A DNA stretch of 64,000 nucleotides from Eledone cirrhosa. Its lineage: Eukaryota. Under the pieces are notes generated by a model that was not told where the DNA came from, did not search any database, and was given only the letters and a program-made list of their open reading frames with translations. The stretch's first letter is position 1, and each line of letters opens with the position of its first letter. Both the position numbers and the translations under genes were made by a program. Location of the stretch: contig OZ024741.1 in assembly GCA_964016885.1 (NCBI GenBank), positions 121,210,001 through 121,274,000 of the forward strand. Direction: 5' to 3'. Of this stretch, positions 42,450 to 55,343 are shown one piece after another.

Positions 42450-43015
42450 TGCCCCATTCCTATTTGTCATTGCTTAGACTTCACCTTAAGACTCTCGTTG
42501 AACACAATCAATGATAAAGGCATTACCATTAAACCTCGAAGGAGCTCTAGACACCCCTCAAATCATCTCACGGATCTCAACTTTGCTGATGATATTTCTC
42601 TTCTAGTAGACTGCATGGAGATTGCCCAACATCTCCTTATTTCACTTCAAGAAGCAGCTGACCTCAAAGGCCTTCCCCTTAATGAAGGCAAGACGGACTA
42701 CATCTCTAACTCTTTATCTGAATTCATCCTCAAATCTCAAAATGGCAGTACTATAAAAAAGGTCGAAGTTTTTAAGTACCTCGGGATCATGAATTCTGGG
42801 AAGGACTTTACCACCAGAAACGCCCAAGCATGGTCAGATTTCAACAAGTTAGACCGTATTTGGCGCTTTAGTCTTCCCAACTCCTCAAAAGTCAGGCTCT
42901 TCCAAGTCACAATCCAGCCAATAGTGGACAATTGAAGTAAGACTTGAACACTCTCAGCCAAGCAACACAAACGTCTCGACGGAGCCTATACATCACGTCT
43001 CATGCGCTTTCAAAA
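42450..43015 (+). pseudogene. RTE-clade reverse transcriptase fragment
   Basis: LTDLNFADDISLL, FKYLG, AWSDFNKLDRIWR, KRLDGAYT. Confidence 0.8.
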
Positions 43016-43019
43016 CATG

Positions 43020-44520
43020 GAAATAGTTGTGAATATAGAAATTAGGGAACTAGAACAGGAACAAGCCTACATATATCTAGGGATCAACGATTCACCACAC
43101 CCGCATGAAAGTATTAAGAAGGAATGCTACTGGAAAGTGCTTGCTGTCTTGAAAACTAAGTTTAACTCGAAAAATAAACTAGCTACCAAAAATGCTCTTG
43201 CAACCCCTGTTGTCACCTACAGTTTCAATATCATAAATTGCAACGTTAGTGAAATTAAGATAACAGACACCAAAAGCAGGATATTTTTGACCTGTAATAA
43301 AATATACCACCCAAAAGTAGATGTGGATCGCCTCTATCTCCCTAGATAAAACGGAGGTAGAAGAATGATCCAGCATGAGCTCTCCTACATGACATCGACC
43401 ACTGTACCTTAAAACCACAGATAAAAATGGCTGCAGATCATGAAAGGAATAAGTGGTTACATTCAGTCGCAAAGGAAAGTAGGAAATGTGCAGAAGAATT
43501 GGGAATACATTTTGCAAATAATGGCGATTCTGCAATTAAAGCAATTAAAGGAGATTAAATGCTGGCAAAGCATGAAGGCCAAAAAAGACTCTGCACTAAA
43601 TGGGAGCAAAAACCACTGCATAGGCAGTATGTTCTCCGTAGCAAAGAATCTGATGTAGATTAAATTCACATTCATCAGTGGCTGCGGAGTTCTGGGCTAA
43701 AGGCACAGAGTGAGAGCTTCATTTAGGCTGCAGAAGACCAGTGTTTTTTTATGCGCAATATTCAAGTCAATGTGATCAGAAATGGAATTGACCCCAAATG
43801 TCGATTCTGTGATGAGCTTGTTGAGATCATTGACTACCTGGTTTCAGGTTGCAAAGTATTAGCTCCCTAGGAATATAAAACGAGGCATGATAAAGTGTGT
43901 CAATACTTATACTGGATAGTAGACAGGTCTTATGGTCTGAAAACGGAGAGAAAATGGTACTACCATCACCCAGATGCAGTAACAGGAGGCGAGAAAGTAA
44001 CAACCCTATGGGATTTTCCTGTGAACACTGACAGAACAACCAAGGCCATCAGACCTGATAAAATTGTGACGGACGGAACATAAAGAGAAAACATGTTTCT
44101 TAATTGACATGAGCATTCCATCAGTCTCTTCGAAAGAGTTCGGAAAGCTCAGTAAGTATAATGATCTATCAATTGAAGTTGAGAAAATATGGCATATTAA
44201 AGCCTGTACAGTATCAGTGATTGTCGGTGCACTTGGAATGACAAAAAAAGTAAGTGAAAAATATTTGGACCGGATACTTGGAAAGCCATCTCTGCAAGAG
44301 ATACAGAAAATAGTGCTGACTGGAACTGTCATGTCCTGAGAAGGACATTATCAATTTAAAAAAACATTGCAAAGACATTTACTGTTGTTTATGCCCCTGT
44401 TGCATCATTTGTATGACAATTGTTTGTAAGATGTGTGTATTATCATATTTGGCTTCAGGTATCAGGTTGACACTCAGCATGATTTGGGAAAGTATCAGAA
44501 TTCAAAGAATGTTTCAAATA
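43020..44520 (+). pseudogene. Degenerate R4/Dong-like element (RT C-terminus, Zn motif, RLE)
   Basis: YIYLGI, HPKVDVDRLYLPR, DPKCRFC, HDKVCQYLYW, RPD, KLSKYNDLSIEV..VIVGALG; ends in (TAA)n. Confidence 0.8.
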
Positions 44521-46312
44521 ATAATAATTGTTTCTACTTTTGGCACAAGGCCAGCAATTATCCCAGTGTATTACTGGTACTTCATTTTATCGACCCCGTA
44601 AATAATAATAATTGTTTCTACTTTAGGCACAAGGCCAGCAATTATCCCAATGTATTACTGGTACTTTATTTTATCGACCCCGTAATGATGAAAGGCAAAG
44701 TTAACCTCGGGGTATTTGAACTCAGGCTGTAAACGGACGTAACTATGCTAGAAAGCATGGCGTCCGATACTGCCAATTCACCGCCGTAAATAATAATAAT
44801 GATTTCCAGTATAGGCACAAGGCCAGTAATTTGGGGGGGGGGGGAGTCGATTAAATGGAACCCAGTACATAATCATGCAAGCTATAAATAACCGGGAACT
44901 CATATATGATTGATTATCACTCTGTTGTAAATATGATTTTAAACAAATAATGTCTATATGTATAAAGCAAATGATATACTTGTTACTGTGTAAATTATGT
45001 GACTTGAACAATCTGGTGTGTTTATTTTTGTGGCTTATCAATATATGAATTTATTTGTTCTGGGTGTCAGGAAGACACTTGGCAAGAAATGGAAACAAAA
45101 CTGAAGGAAAAGGAAAAACAAATAATAATAATAATAATAATTGTTTTTACTTTAGGCACAAGGCCAGCAATTTGAAGGAGAGAGGAAAGTCAATTAAATC
45201 GACCCCAGTGCTTACTGGTACTTTATTTTATCGATCCCGTAAGGATGAAAGGCAAATCTAACTTTGGCGGGATTTGAACTCAGAACGTAAACGGCCGTAA
45301 CTTTATGCCGCTAAGCATGTTGTTCGATGCTCTATCGATACAGCCAATCCATCGAATAATAATAATAATCCAATGGCACAAATGTTTTCCCCACTGAAAT
45401 GGCTTAACAAATAGTTAAACATGTTGAGGTGGACGTAGGTGGAGTTTCTGAAGATGATCGACTGCTCATGGAAAAACCAGAAAAATTAAACCACAAAAGT
45501 GGCAAACAGGGTCACTGGTCGCGTTAATACAGTTAGTATTGGAAAAATTAACAAACTGCTGTTAGTAGGTGCAAATTTGGTGCCAGATATCCTAGGAATA
45601 AGAGAGAAGATGAAGTATAAATAAAGAACCAGGGTGGAAAAGGTGCATCGAACAAAAGATAGGACTTATAAGAAGTGACATTAGCAAATTGGAAGAGTGG
45701 AAGAAAACTAAACTGAAGAAACATGGTGAAATAAGATAACTGGAAATGGCGTACAATGTAAAAAAATAAATGATTACCAACAGTTACAGAAGAATTGACA
45801 CAGAGAGTGAAAGTATTAACTGCAAAAATCAGGAAATATGAATTAATGTACAAACCAATACATTGAGAATAGGATGTTTCAATCAAACCAGAAAAAGCTA
45901 TACGAGTAATTGTATGGAGTATATTATTGCTGCCCATGTTCAGTGCTTTCGTACCAGAAATAATAAGACCCACGTTTAAAAAAAAAGTGTGTTGTGTATG
46001 TCATGAAAGATCGGAGACATTAAATCACATTATCTCAGACATGGTAGAGCAGCTCAGTACATACACTGAGGGATATGCCGCACTGTCAATCTTCCTAATA
46101 AAGAGAATTGGTGGGAGCACAAACCACCACAATTTACTAAAAAAATATTTGTTTCTACTTTTAGCACAAGGCCAGCAATTATCCCAATGTATTACTGGTA
46201 CTTTATTTTATCGACCCCGTAAGGATGAAAGGCAAAGTTAACCTCGGCGGGATTTGAACTCAGACCGTAAAGGGCCGTAACTCTCTCCTACAGAGCATGG
46301 CGTCCGGCCCTC
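44521..46312 (-). mobile_element. Cluster of Meta-domain-type SINEs (44521-44787 with duplicated tail, 45138-45355, 46148-46312) among R4-like debris running to ~46600
   Basis: Reverse complements of the 16092 family; intervening plus-strand CCVCHERSETLNHII and LSKYKDLEIEI. Confidence 0.75.
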
Positions 46313-47256
46313 TCTAAAACAGACAGGCTAATCGGCCAAATATTATTGTTAAATATTTTATTGTTAAATATTTTATTGTTAAATATTTTATCTCAGTAAA
46401 TACAAAGACCTTGTCTTCTAATACATGTCGCGGCCCCAGCTGAAAAACATATCTCAGTAAATACAAAGACCTTGAAATAGAAATTAGCAGAACGTGGTAT
46501 GACTACCTGTAGTCATTGGGGCACTAGGAATGATTTGAGTTGCCAAAAATAATTCTTATGGGTACTTCACACATTTTGCGGAAGTTTATCTCCATGTAGG
46601 CACAAAAATTATACATACAAATATACATGCATTCAAACATATACACATTTACAGGTTGTAAAGTGAAACTTGTGGATTATTTGACCAATCTTACAACTAC
46701 ATTGTATATCACCTCTTTACATTGTTAAGCTTGTTGTCTCTTGAAGTTTCTGGTTGAGGATTGAGAGTAGTTCGTACAGACAAATGAAAAGGTAAAATAA
46801 TAATAACAATAATCACTATTGTTATTAGTAGCAGTATTAATGATGTTAATGCTGATGATGAGGATGATGTGTAGGACAGAGTAGGATAAAGGAGAAAAAT
46901 AGGAAAGACGAAGAAAACGAAGAAAAAAGAAGAAAGAAGAAGAAGAAGAAGAAGAAGAAGAAGAAGAAGAAGAAGAAGAAGAAGAAAGATGGACTTGGAA
47001 GAAGCCGGTGAAAAGAGTAAAACAAGCTAATCTCATTACATTGTTTTAATTCGGTTTGGTTACTAAGGAAACTAATAACCCATGCTGCTATCGTTGGTAA
47101 TGACTGCCTCAGACGGAGAGATTCATGACTAATTGATTTTTTCATCAATATTTGTCTGTTTGTCTGTCCAGCTATTTATCTGTTTGTAAGTATGCCTTCC
47201 TATTTTCCGACCGACTTCTATAATCCATCAACTAACCATCTTACCCACTATATGAG

Positions 47257-47296
<40 letters not shown>

Positions 47297-48095
47297 CATA
47301 CATATGTACACCCACACATATATGTAACACACACATACACACATAATTATAAATATATATATAGATATACGCATATATACGTATTTATATATATATATAT
47401 ATATACATATATATATACACATATATATATACACACATAATTATAAATATATATATATATACATAAACATACATATACACATATATACGTATATATATAC
47501 ACACACACATATATATATATACACACAATTATAAATATATATATATACACACATAATTATAAATATATATATATATATAAAATATATATAAATATATACA
47601 TACACATATATATATATATATACACATATATATGTATATATATATGGTGGCTGCCAACTCGTTTTCGAGTACGGCCACTACTTTATATCCATGTAGGAGA
47701 ACCCCTACCGATGCGCTGAACGAGTGTGACTTTTTAGTCCAGCCAGCGACTTGAAAACTCTGGTACAAACACTACACTTGTGACAATTATTGACACATAG
47801 TGCTGGGCCCATGGTACCATGTGACGACAAGTGCAGAGAGATCTCCAGATATAAAGCAATGCCTGTGCCGTGAAGCTTTTATAGTGAGCAAAGGCACTGC
47901 ACAAAGCCAGTCCTACTCTCTTAACCAAGATGATATTTACCAAAAAGAAGAACAAGTCAACGTCATTGGATACCATCAGAGTTGCAGGTGTTATATCAGA
48001 GTTTTCCTTCTCCTAGAATTCTGCAGGAGTAAAAACAAAGGGCAAAGTGAAGGCAGAATTCTAGGTATATATATACACATATATATATACACACA

Positions 48096-48175
<80 letters not shown>

Positions 48176-48601
48176 TATAATTATAAATATATATATACAT
48201 ATATAAACATACATATACACATATATAGGTACATATATCTACGTATATATACTAAAATACCAAAAACGATTTGCATCTCATATAGTCTCAGGCAACTCCT
48301 GGCCTTCTCGTGGCGGAGATATTTGGAACTGACAAGGAAAGGGACAAAAGTGGGTTATTGGCACCTTAAAACAACCTGTTGCTCCGGTTAAACAGAACTC
48401 ATCAACATCGGTTAGCAGTCTGTCTAGGAGGGTCACTCTGAATTCAAAATCGGGGTAAATGGGTTCCTTCGTCATAGTTATGACAACCCCTCTGTGCACA
48501 GGAACTCAGAAATCTTCCTTGTTAGTGTCATGAGAATGTCCACTGGAAGGGAATAACTGCAAGCAGTTGTTATGGCATTATTCTAAGAGAGGGGCTTATA
48601 G

Positions 48602-48788
48602 GGCGGTGGATTGGCAGTATCGGTAGAGGGTCGGACGCCATGCTTTGACGCATAGAGTTACGGTCCTTGCCATTCTGAGTTCAAATCCAGCCGAGGTTAA
48701 CTTTGCCTTTCATCCTTACGGGGTCAATAAAGTACCAGTAATGCACTGGGTAATTGCTGGCCTTGTGCCAAAAGTAGAAACAATTATT
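48602..48788 (+). mobile_element. Meta-domain-type SINE, full length
   Basis: Same family as 16092. Confidence 0.85.
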
Positions 48789-49296
48789 CTAAGAGAGGGG
48801 CAACTTTGAAGTGAAACCTGAGATTTACATGATTAATGATCATCTTGCTTATGCTTGTCATCAGATAATAATCACAGAGACTCAGGGAGTGACACTCATG
48901 TTGTATAAGCGTTTGTCATTATAACCCACGATATACATACAGATGTCACTTTTGTAATCTTCTCATTTGTCAGTCTATCTCTAGAGCGAATGCAGGCCAG
49001 GACTGATATCTTGGCACCATGTATACTTTGGGCCGGCCTATTGCTGCGGTTATTGGGGTGTTCTGTGAATTTGCCCAAATTAAATACTACTATTTCCATA
49101 GTTTCGTCACAGCTCCCTGTGGTGATGTGTCCTGTGCTGAAGTGTTGTCAGTAGTTCGGGATGGGAGGTCTTGGACTTGCTTTTTGTTGCTGGATTCAAA
49201 AGTCATCTCTGTTCACACGGGAAGGTGTAGAATTACAAGAATGATTGAAGTGATGTTAAGACGGCTATCATCTAACGAGATGTAGCAATCATCGTA

Positions 49297-49367
<71 letters not shown>

Positions 49368-49598
49368 TAATCTAGCTGTCGTCTGTTCTACAGTGTGGAT
49401 GTCATTCACTTCGCACAGAAGTTTTGTTCAAATTTATTGAGGAAATTTTGTGAGTTCAAACTTAATTTTGATACAATTGTGTAGCTTGACCCTCCGTCTG
49501 AACCGTCAGGCGGTGGGTCAGCTCATCTTTACCCCTCCTAGAGGTGAAAAACCTGTTTTAAAAAATTTTGTGTAAAAAATTTCAATCGTCTAACAGAA

Positions 49599-51476
49599 AT
49601 GTTAAACGCAGCGAACGAAAATAGTGGTGGGGGGACAGCGGTAAGAGTTGTAAGCTCGCACGCTTTAGTCCTCCCTTCCTTCCCAACTAACGTCATAGAG
49701 AAGGAAGGAAAAATGAAAATAAAAACGGACGAATCTGCGGAGAAAAAATTAAATGACGAAAACAACGAAGAAAAAAAATTTGAAAAATTGCATGACAATA
49801 CTAATAACACAAACAAAGACACAACAAACAAAAAAATAACAGTTGAAAATAACATCATATCAGAAAACAAAGCAGACGACAAGATTTCTTTTGCACAGAA
49901 AACAAAGAAATCTTTGACTTATATAGCGGAAAACATTTCAGATGTGGTACGAAGGATCACGGACGCAAAACAATACATAAGTGAAGGTGAGAATGGTATT
50001 TTATTGGTAAAAATGCCTCAAGAATTCACGAAAGACATTGAAAGCCGAACGGTCAAGTTTCGGACCATCAACAACAGTACAAAAAAACCTGAACAACCTT
50101 CTCAAGCAGATATCAAAACAGTACTCGCAGAAGTACTGAATGAAACAAGTTTCATAAGAAAAGACAGACTGTATGGAAGCCTAGCAATTATCATGAAGAA
50201 CGAATCGGCGGCAAAAAAATGTGCTTTGTCACCGATTCGTTCGAAAAATTTCACCTTTTATCCATCTTATATGGGAAAAAAAACTCAACGCATATGGCTG
50301 GATGCAATGATGCCAGATGTGGACTACTGCTGGCTCATAGCTGGCTTCATCGATCCAGTGAATGACAACGTGATTTCCATTGGGAAAACCACAGGCAATG
50401 CGTTCAGTGGAACAGGTATAGAGCTGGTAGTACAAATGAAGCCTGAACGCATCGCCCAAATACCCGACAGAATCCTATTAGAGGACCACGGGTATATAAA
50501 CATTAGCGTGGAGGGGAGAAGGCCGTCCTGCCATATCTGTGCAGGCAGAGGGCACCTGAAGGCCGCTTGTCCACAACTCAACAAAAAGAAAACTCTGCTA
50601 CCAACACCAGCTCCACCACCACCACCACAACAGATAAACAAACAACAAAACTCAGTCCCACCCAACCCGTCCCTCAGTAACACCACAACACCACCACAAC
50701 ACAAACAGTCACAACACATTACCCCAAAACAAAATACAGGCCCACCCAACCTCTCACTCAATAAAACAACACAACCACCGCAGACACAACACACAACACA
50801 GTCTAACATAGTGACATCCATCTCCCCCACAAAGAAAACCAACACGGAAACATTACCAGCAAACATACCTCTTCCCTCCAACACTGAAGATAACCCAACG
50901 AATTCGGAGGAAGAAACGGAGTCCTTCAGACAGATTAAAAGGAAAAAAAGAAAACATGTGCAAAACACACAAGGACAAACAACCCCCACCCAAATCGCAA
51001 CACAATCTAACAAAACAGAAAACACCCCTCCAGCAACAAACAAAACCAAACCTGCCCCTCCCCTCTTCGAAACACTCACACCATCGGAAAAAAAGACATT
51101 ACACTATACTTACATCAACAGAAACAATAATAAATTAAATGAACTCATATACAATAATCCTTCGGTACAAACCGAAGGTGTAAACTTTGTTTCATCAGAA
51201 AACCACCCACATTTAAAACTAATAAAAATCCCAATGAACCTCTACCAAAAACTAAAAAAGGATTTTAAGGAGGACGTAGGACCACCCTCTGTCAAACCCA
51301 TAAACCGCGTCCTACTAAAAAGCTTTCCCCCTCCCCTTCCCCTCCCCAACACAACTCCAAACACCCCAACCCCACCACACACCGACGACCCCACACCACC
51401 ACAAGACACCCCTTCACCCAACACCCCCGACCCCATGGAAGTCGTGCAACCCGAACCCCGGGAAGCGGAAAGGTAG
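49599..51476 (+). CDS. ORF1 gag-like protein with CCHC zinc knuckle, 625 aa
   Basis: CHICAGRGHLKAAC (CX2CX4HX4C), KRKKRK, Pro/Thr/Gln-rich tail; homologous to ORF1 of copy B. Confidence 0.85.
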   Translation: MLNAANENSGGGTAVRVVSSHALVLPSFPTNVIEKEGKMKIKTDESAEKKLNDENNEEKKFEKLHDNTNNTNKDTTNKKITVENNIISENKADDKISFAQKTKKSLTYIAENISDVVRRITDAKQYISEGENGILLVKMPQEFTKDIESRTVKFRTINNSTKKPEQPSQADIKTVLAEVLNETSFIRKDRLYGSLAIIMKNESAAKKCALSPIRSKNFTFYPSYMGKKTQRIWLDAMMPDVDYCWLIAGFIDPVNDNVISIGKTTGNAFSGTGIELVVQMKPERIAQIPDRILLEDHGYINISVEGRRPSCHICAGRGHLKAACPQLNKKKTLLPTPAPPPPPQQINKQQNSVPPNPSLSNTTTPPQHKQSQHITPKQNTGPPNLSLNKTTQPPQTQHTTQSNIVTSISPTKKTNTETLPANIPLPSNTEDNPTNSEEETESFRQIKRKKRKHVQNTQGQTTPTQIATQSNKTENTPPATNKTKPAPPLFETLTPSEKKTLHYTYINRNNNKLNELIYNNPSVQTEGVNFVSSENHPHLKLIKIPMNLYQKLKKDFKEDVGPPSVKPINRVLLKSFPPPLPLPNTTPNTPTPPHTDDPTPPQDTPSPNTPDPMEVVQPEPREAER

Positions 51477-51509
51477 GTCTCTACACTCTCCTTTGGCTCT
51501 GCCGCCCAC

Positions 51510-54500
51510 ATGGATGTGTTAAGAGTAGGATGTTTGAATGCACGTGGCCTGGGCTCAACTTGGAAGCAAGCAAAGCTTCTAAATGACCTCAGGTCATGTA
51601 GTATAAATGTAATGGTTATCTGTGAGACTCGAATCAGCGTCATGCGGCAGCTGGCCCCCACCTTCGATGACTTTGAAGTGCATGCATCTCTCTGTCAACC
51701 TGGAGGTGGGGGTGGGGTTGTCGTGCTGCTGCAAAAACACCTGGGTCTTGCCGTACAGGTTGTGCACTCGGACCCGGAGGGTCGTTTGTTGGTGCTAGAC
51801 GTTGGCAGTAGTGAAAGTGCGGCCTTGAGACTGGTCGCCGTCTACTCCCCTTTCGGAGCTGAACGGCCCGACTTCTTCCAGCGTTTGGAAACTTTTCTGG
51901 GAACGTCGCGTTCCCTGCTTCTAGCGGGGGATTGGAATGACATCCTGGATGCACGTTGGGACTATGCAGGAGCATGTCCTAATAGAGGGGGGTGTAACAG
52001 CCTCAAGGGGTTACTCGACCGTTTTAACTTGGTCGATAGATATCGACTAGATTTTCCAACTGTGCCTACCTGGACTTGGAGAAACCACAGTGGTCAATCT
52101 AGATCGTACTTAGATAGATTCTTAGTTAGAAGTAAGGATAGGGACATATTAAGCTGTCCAGAAATGCGCACGGTTGGCTACACGGATCACAAATTAGTGA
52201 CCTGCGTGGTCAATCTCGAGAAAACACATAGACAGGGTCCCGGTTACTGGAAACTTAATTTGTCTTTACCGGCAAAAGAGACTTACAGAAACCGGATTAG
52301 CAGATTAGTTAAGGAGAGGTTGACGGGTGCAATCGTCAACAACCGATGGTGGGCATCTCTCAAAAGAGAGATTAGAACAGAATCAATAAGTTATAGCAAG
52401 ATGTTAGCTGCCAATAGGAATAGAAACGAGAAAGAATTAACAGGTAAATTAGAAGAGGCAATCAAGAGCGAAGATGTGGCCAGAGTGCTGGCATCGAGGA
52501 CGGCCTTGAACCAGTTTTTCGATGCAAAGCATGAAGGCTGCGTCATTCGAAGTAAAATACGTGCTCTAGGTAATGAGGGGGCCAAAGCCGTTGGATGGGC
52601 CCGCGTGACAGAAGCTAAAAGTGGAAATCGATCCACCATCCGGTCGTTGCAAGACGAAGATGGACGAGTGATCCGGGAGCCTAAGCAGATGTGCGAGGCC
52701 TTTCAAAAGCACTTTGCCCGATTGTTCGGGGGAGGCGAGGGTCCGGGCCGGGGCGTGGATTTCGGTCCATACCTCGACGGCCTGCCGCGTCTCTCGAACA
52801 AAGAGGCAGAGTCCTGCGAGGGACCAATCTCGGCTGATGAGATCGGAGATGCGCTGAGCCAATGCAGCAGACGCAAATCTCCAGGTCTCGATGGTATACC
52901 TTACGAACTTTATTTAGCAATGCCGGTCTTCTTCTCCGAACTCCTCGAAGCGGTCTACTGCAATTGGCAGCAGAACGGGAGAATTCCTTGTTCTGTAGCC
53001 AAGGGCGTAGTCACGCTGGTGAGGAAGGACGAGAACAAGGGGGATAGTATAAATAATTTTCGGCCCATAACCCTGCTAAACACAGAGTTAAAGATTTTGG
53101 CCAAGGTGTTAGCAAAGAGGTTGGCGCTTGTCGTGGGTGGCCTGGTGGGAGATGCGCAGACATGTGCTATCCCATCCAGGTCCATTCACGATAACCTCCA
53201 CCTCATGCGATACATCATAGAGAGGGTTGGCAACAAACCCGGCTTCGGTGGGGCCCTGATCAACTTGGATCAGTCTAAGGCCTTCGATAGGGTCGACCAT
53301 GGTTACCTGGATGCGGTGCTAGCGGCGGCTGGGTTCGGTCCTGTTTTCAGAGGCTGGATCACTGCCCTACATAGCAACCACATCTGTTCTAGGATCAAGG
53401 TGAACGGCTACCTTTCGAAGCCGTTCGAAATCACACGATCCATTCGACAGGGGTGCCCTCTCTCCTCCCTTCTGTACGTATTGACTCTCGAGCCTTTACT
53501 GAGGAAGTTGGAGTTGTTGCAGGGTATCCCCCTGGAACCAGGATTGAGCAAAGCGGTGTCGGCCTACGCCGATGACGTAACAGTAATGGTATCAACCGAC
53601 TCGGAGATCGAGGCGATCGGTACCTTACTGGAGGAGTACGAAAGGTTGTCAGGAGCGAAACTGAACCGGGAAAAATCCATCGGGCTGCAACTCGGAACGC
53701 GGAGAGGCAAACCGATGCCTCCTGACGGTGTCGTCGGACACTGGACGGAGGGCCCGGTAAAGTTGCTTGGGGTCTGGTTTGGACCGGACCTCCAGGTGGA
53801 AAAGAACTGGAACGAGGTTACGAACAAGGTGTTTGCACTAACCCAGAAATGGGCCAAGTGTAAGCTGTCCCTAAAAGGCCGGGCGGAGGTGGCGAACATT
53901 TACATAGCGTCCGTCACTTACTACCGCCTGACTGTCGTGCCTTGCCCTAAGGAAACACTCACACCATGGAACGCATGCTCTTCCAATTTCTTTGGAAGAA
54001 GCGTCCTCCTATGGTGAGAAGATCCATCTGCTGCCAACAACCTTCGAAAGGAGGGCTGGGGATGCCGTGGTTGATGATGCGTAGGCACGCATTAAGGCTA
54101 CGGCACCTACAGGTATTCCTCACTGGTCAACCGGTGTGGGCTCCGTTCGTGAAACGAGCCTTTCCGAGACTCGTCTCACTCACCGAGCTACAGTCCTGGG
54201 TCAAGCAAAGATCCGGAAAACTGGGAGACTGGCACACTGAGTGTGCTCAGGCGCTCAGGGCTCTCTGGCAAGCGGGCCGGGCCATCGGTGGAGAATCCAC
54301 CTCATCATTCTATAGAGGGCTGGTGGCTAGCAGGGGCGATGACACCCTTGGAGAGTCGCTGGACATGGAAGAAGACGAACTGGCCAGCCTGTTCGGTAGG
54401 ACTTTCGGCCCAGGACCAATGGACAACTTCCAGAAGTCACTGGCCTGGCAGTGCTACCGAGGGGCTCTACCCGTTCGAGAGAGGCTCTACAGACACGGGC

Positions 54501-54946
54501 GCCCGGGCAGGGATCCCTCAAAAAAGATTTGCCCTAGATGCGTGCGTCACGAAGAAACCGTGGCGCACGCATTGGTGCAATGTCCGGGCGTGGCTGATCT
54601 GTGGGGCTACGCCGAACAACTGCTGTCGCGGGTGGCGCCGATTAAATTGACCGCCGAGTCCGTGATGACAATCAAACCGCCTCCCCTCTTCACAAAGGAA
54701 GCAAAGGCGGTTTTTCTGTGCGTAATAGCCATGTTGAAAGAGGTTGTTTGGTGGACACGATTGAAAGGTCTGAGGTCAGGCAACTTCCTCTCTGGCCATA
54801 GTCTGGTCTACTTCTTCCGATATCACTTCGGAAGAAGGATAAGAATGGAGAGAGAGGTGCTTGGCCACAGGCAGTTTTATGAAAGGTGGGTGATAGTGGC
54901 GAGAATGGCTCGTGTAAATGGGCCTTCTCTGTATACCATCCTGTAG
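51510..54946 (+). CDS. ORF2 APE endonuclease-RT-Zn finger, one frameshift near 53963
   Basis: LNARGL, GDWN, LDRF, TDH; SPGLDG, RPITLLN, DQSKAFDRVDH, RQGCPLS, YADD; CPRC..HALVQC. Confidence 0.92.
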
Positions 54947-55160
54947 GTAAAGAAGTAAAGGAGAGGGGAGCACCTTCTCCATGTGCTCCCCGGGCAAAGG
55001 ATTGCACACTTTTTCGGGGGTGTGTGCAACCCCCATCACGTCCCCTCCCTTTTGAGGTTATTTTCGATTATTTTCATGTTACACCCTTTTTACTCGATTA
55101 TATGTAAACTCCCCCTTTGTATTTGTCCCTTCTTTTTATGCCTTTATGGTAAATAAAGAA

Positions 55161-55254
<94 letters not shown>

Positions 55255-55343
55255 TTTTTTTTGTTTAACTATTACGCCTTTAGGCGAAATGGTTAAACAA
55301 AAAAAAAAAAGTTTTTTCTTGTTGAAAAGTCAATATTTTTTAA

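Larger units (their letters stand above)
49368..55160 (+). mobile_element. L1/Tx1-clade LINE, copy A, near full length (5' boundary uncertain)
   Basis: Two ORFs and a short 3' UTR with AATAAA; bounded by (ATCT)n at 49297-49367 and 55161-55252. Confidence 0.92.

Noticed and set aside
47800-48060. Non-repetitive ORF with YHQSC
   Set aside because: Possibly transposase debris; too short and unsupported.
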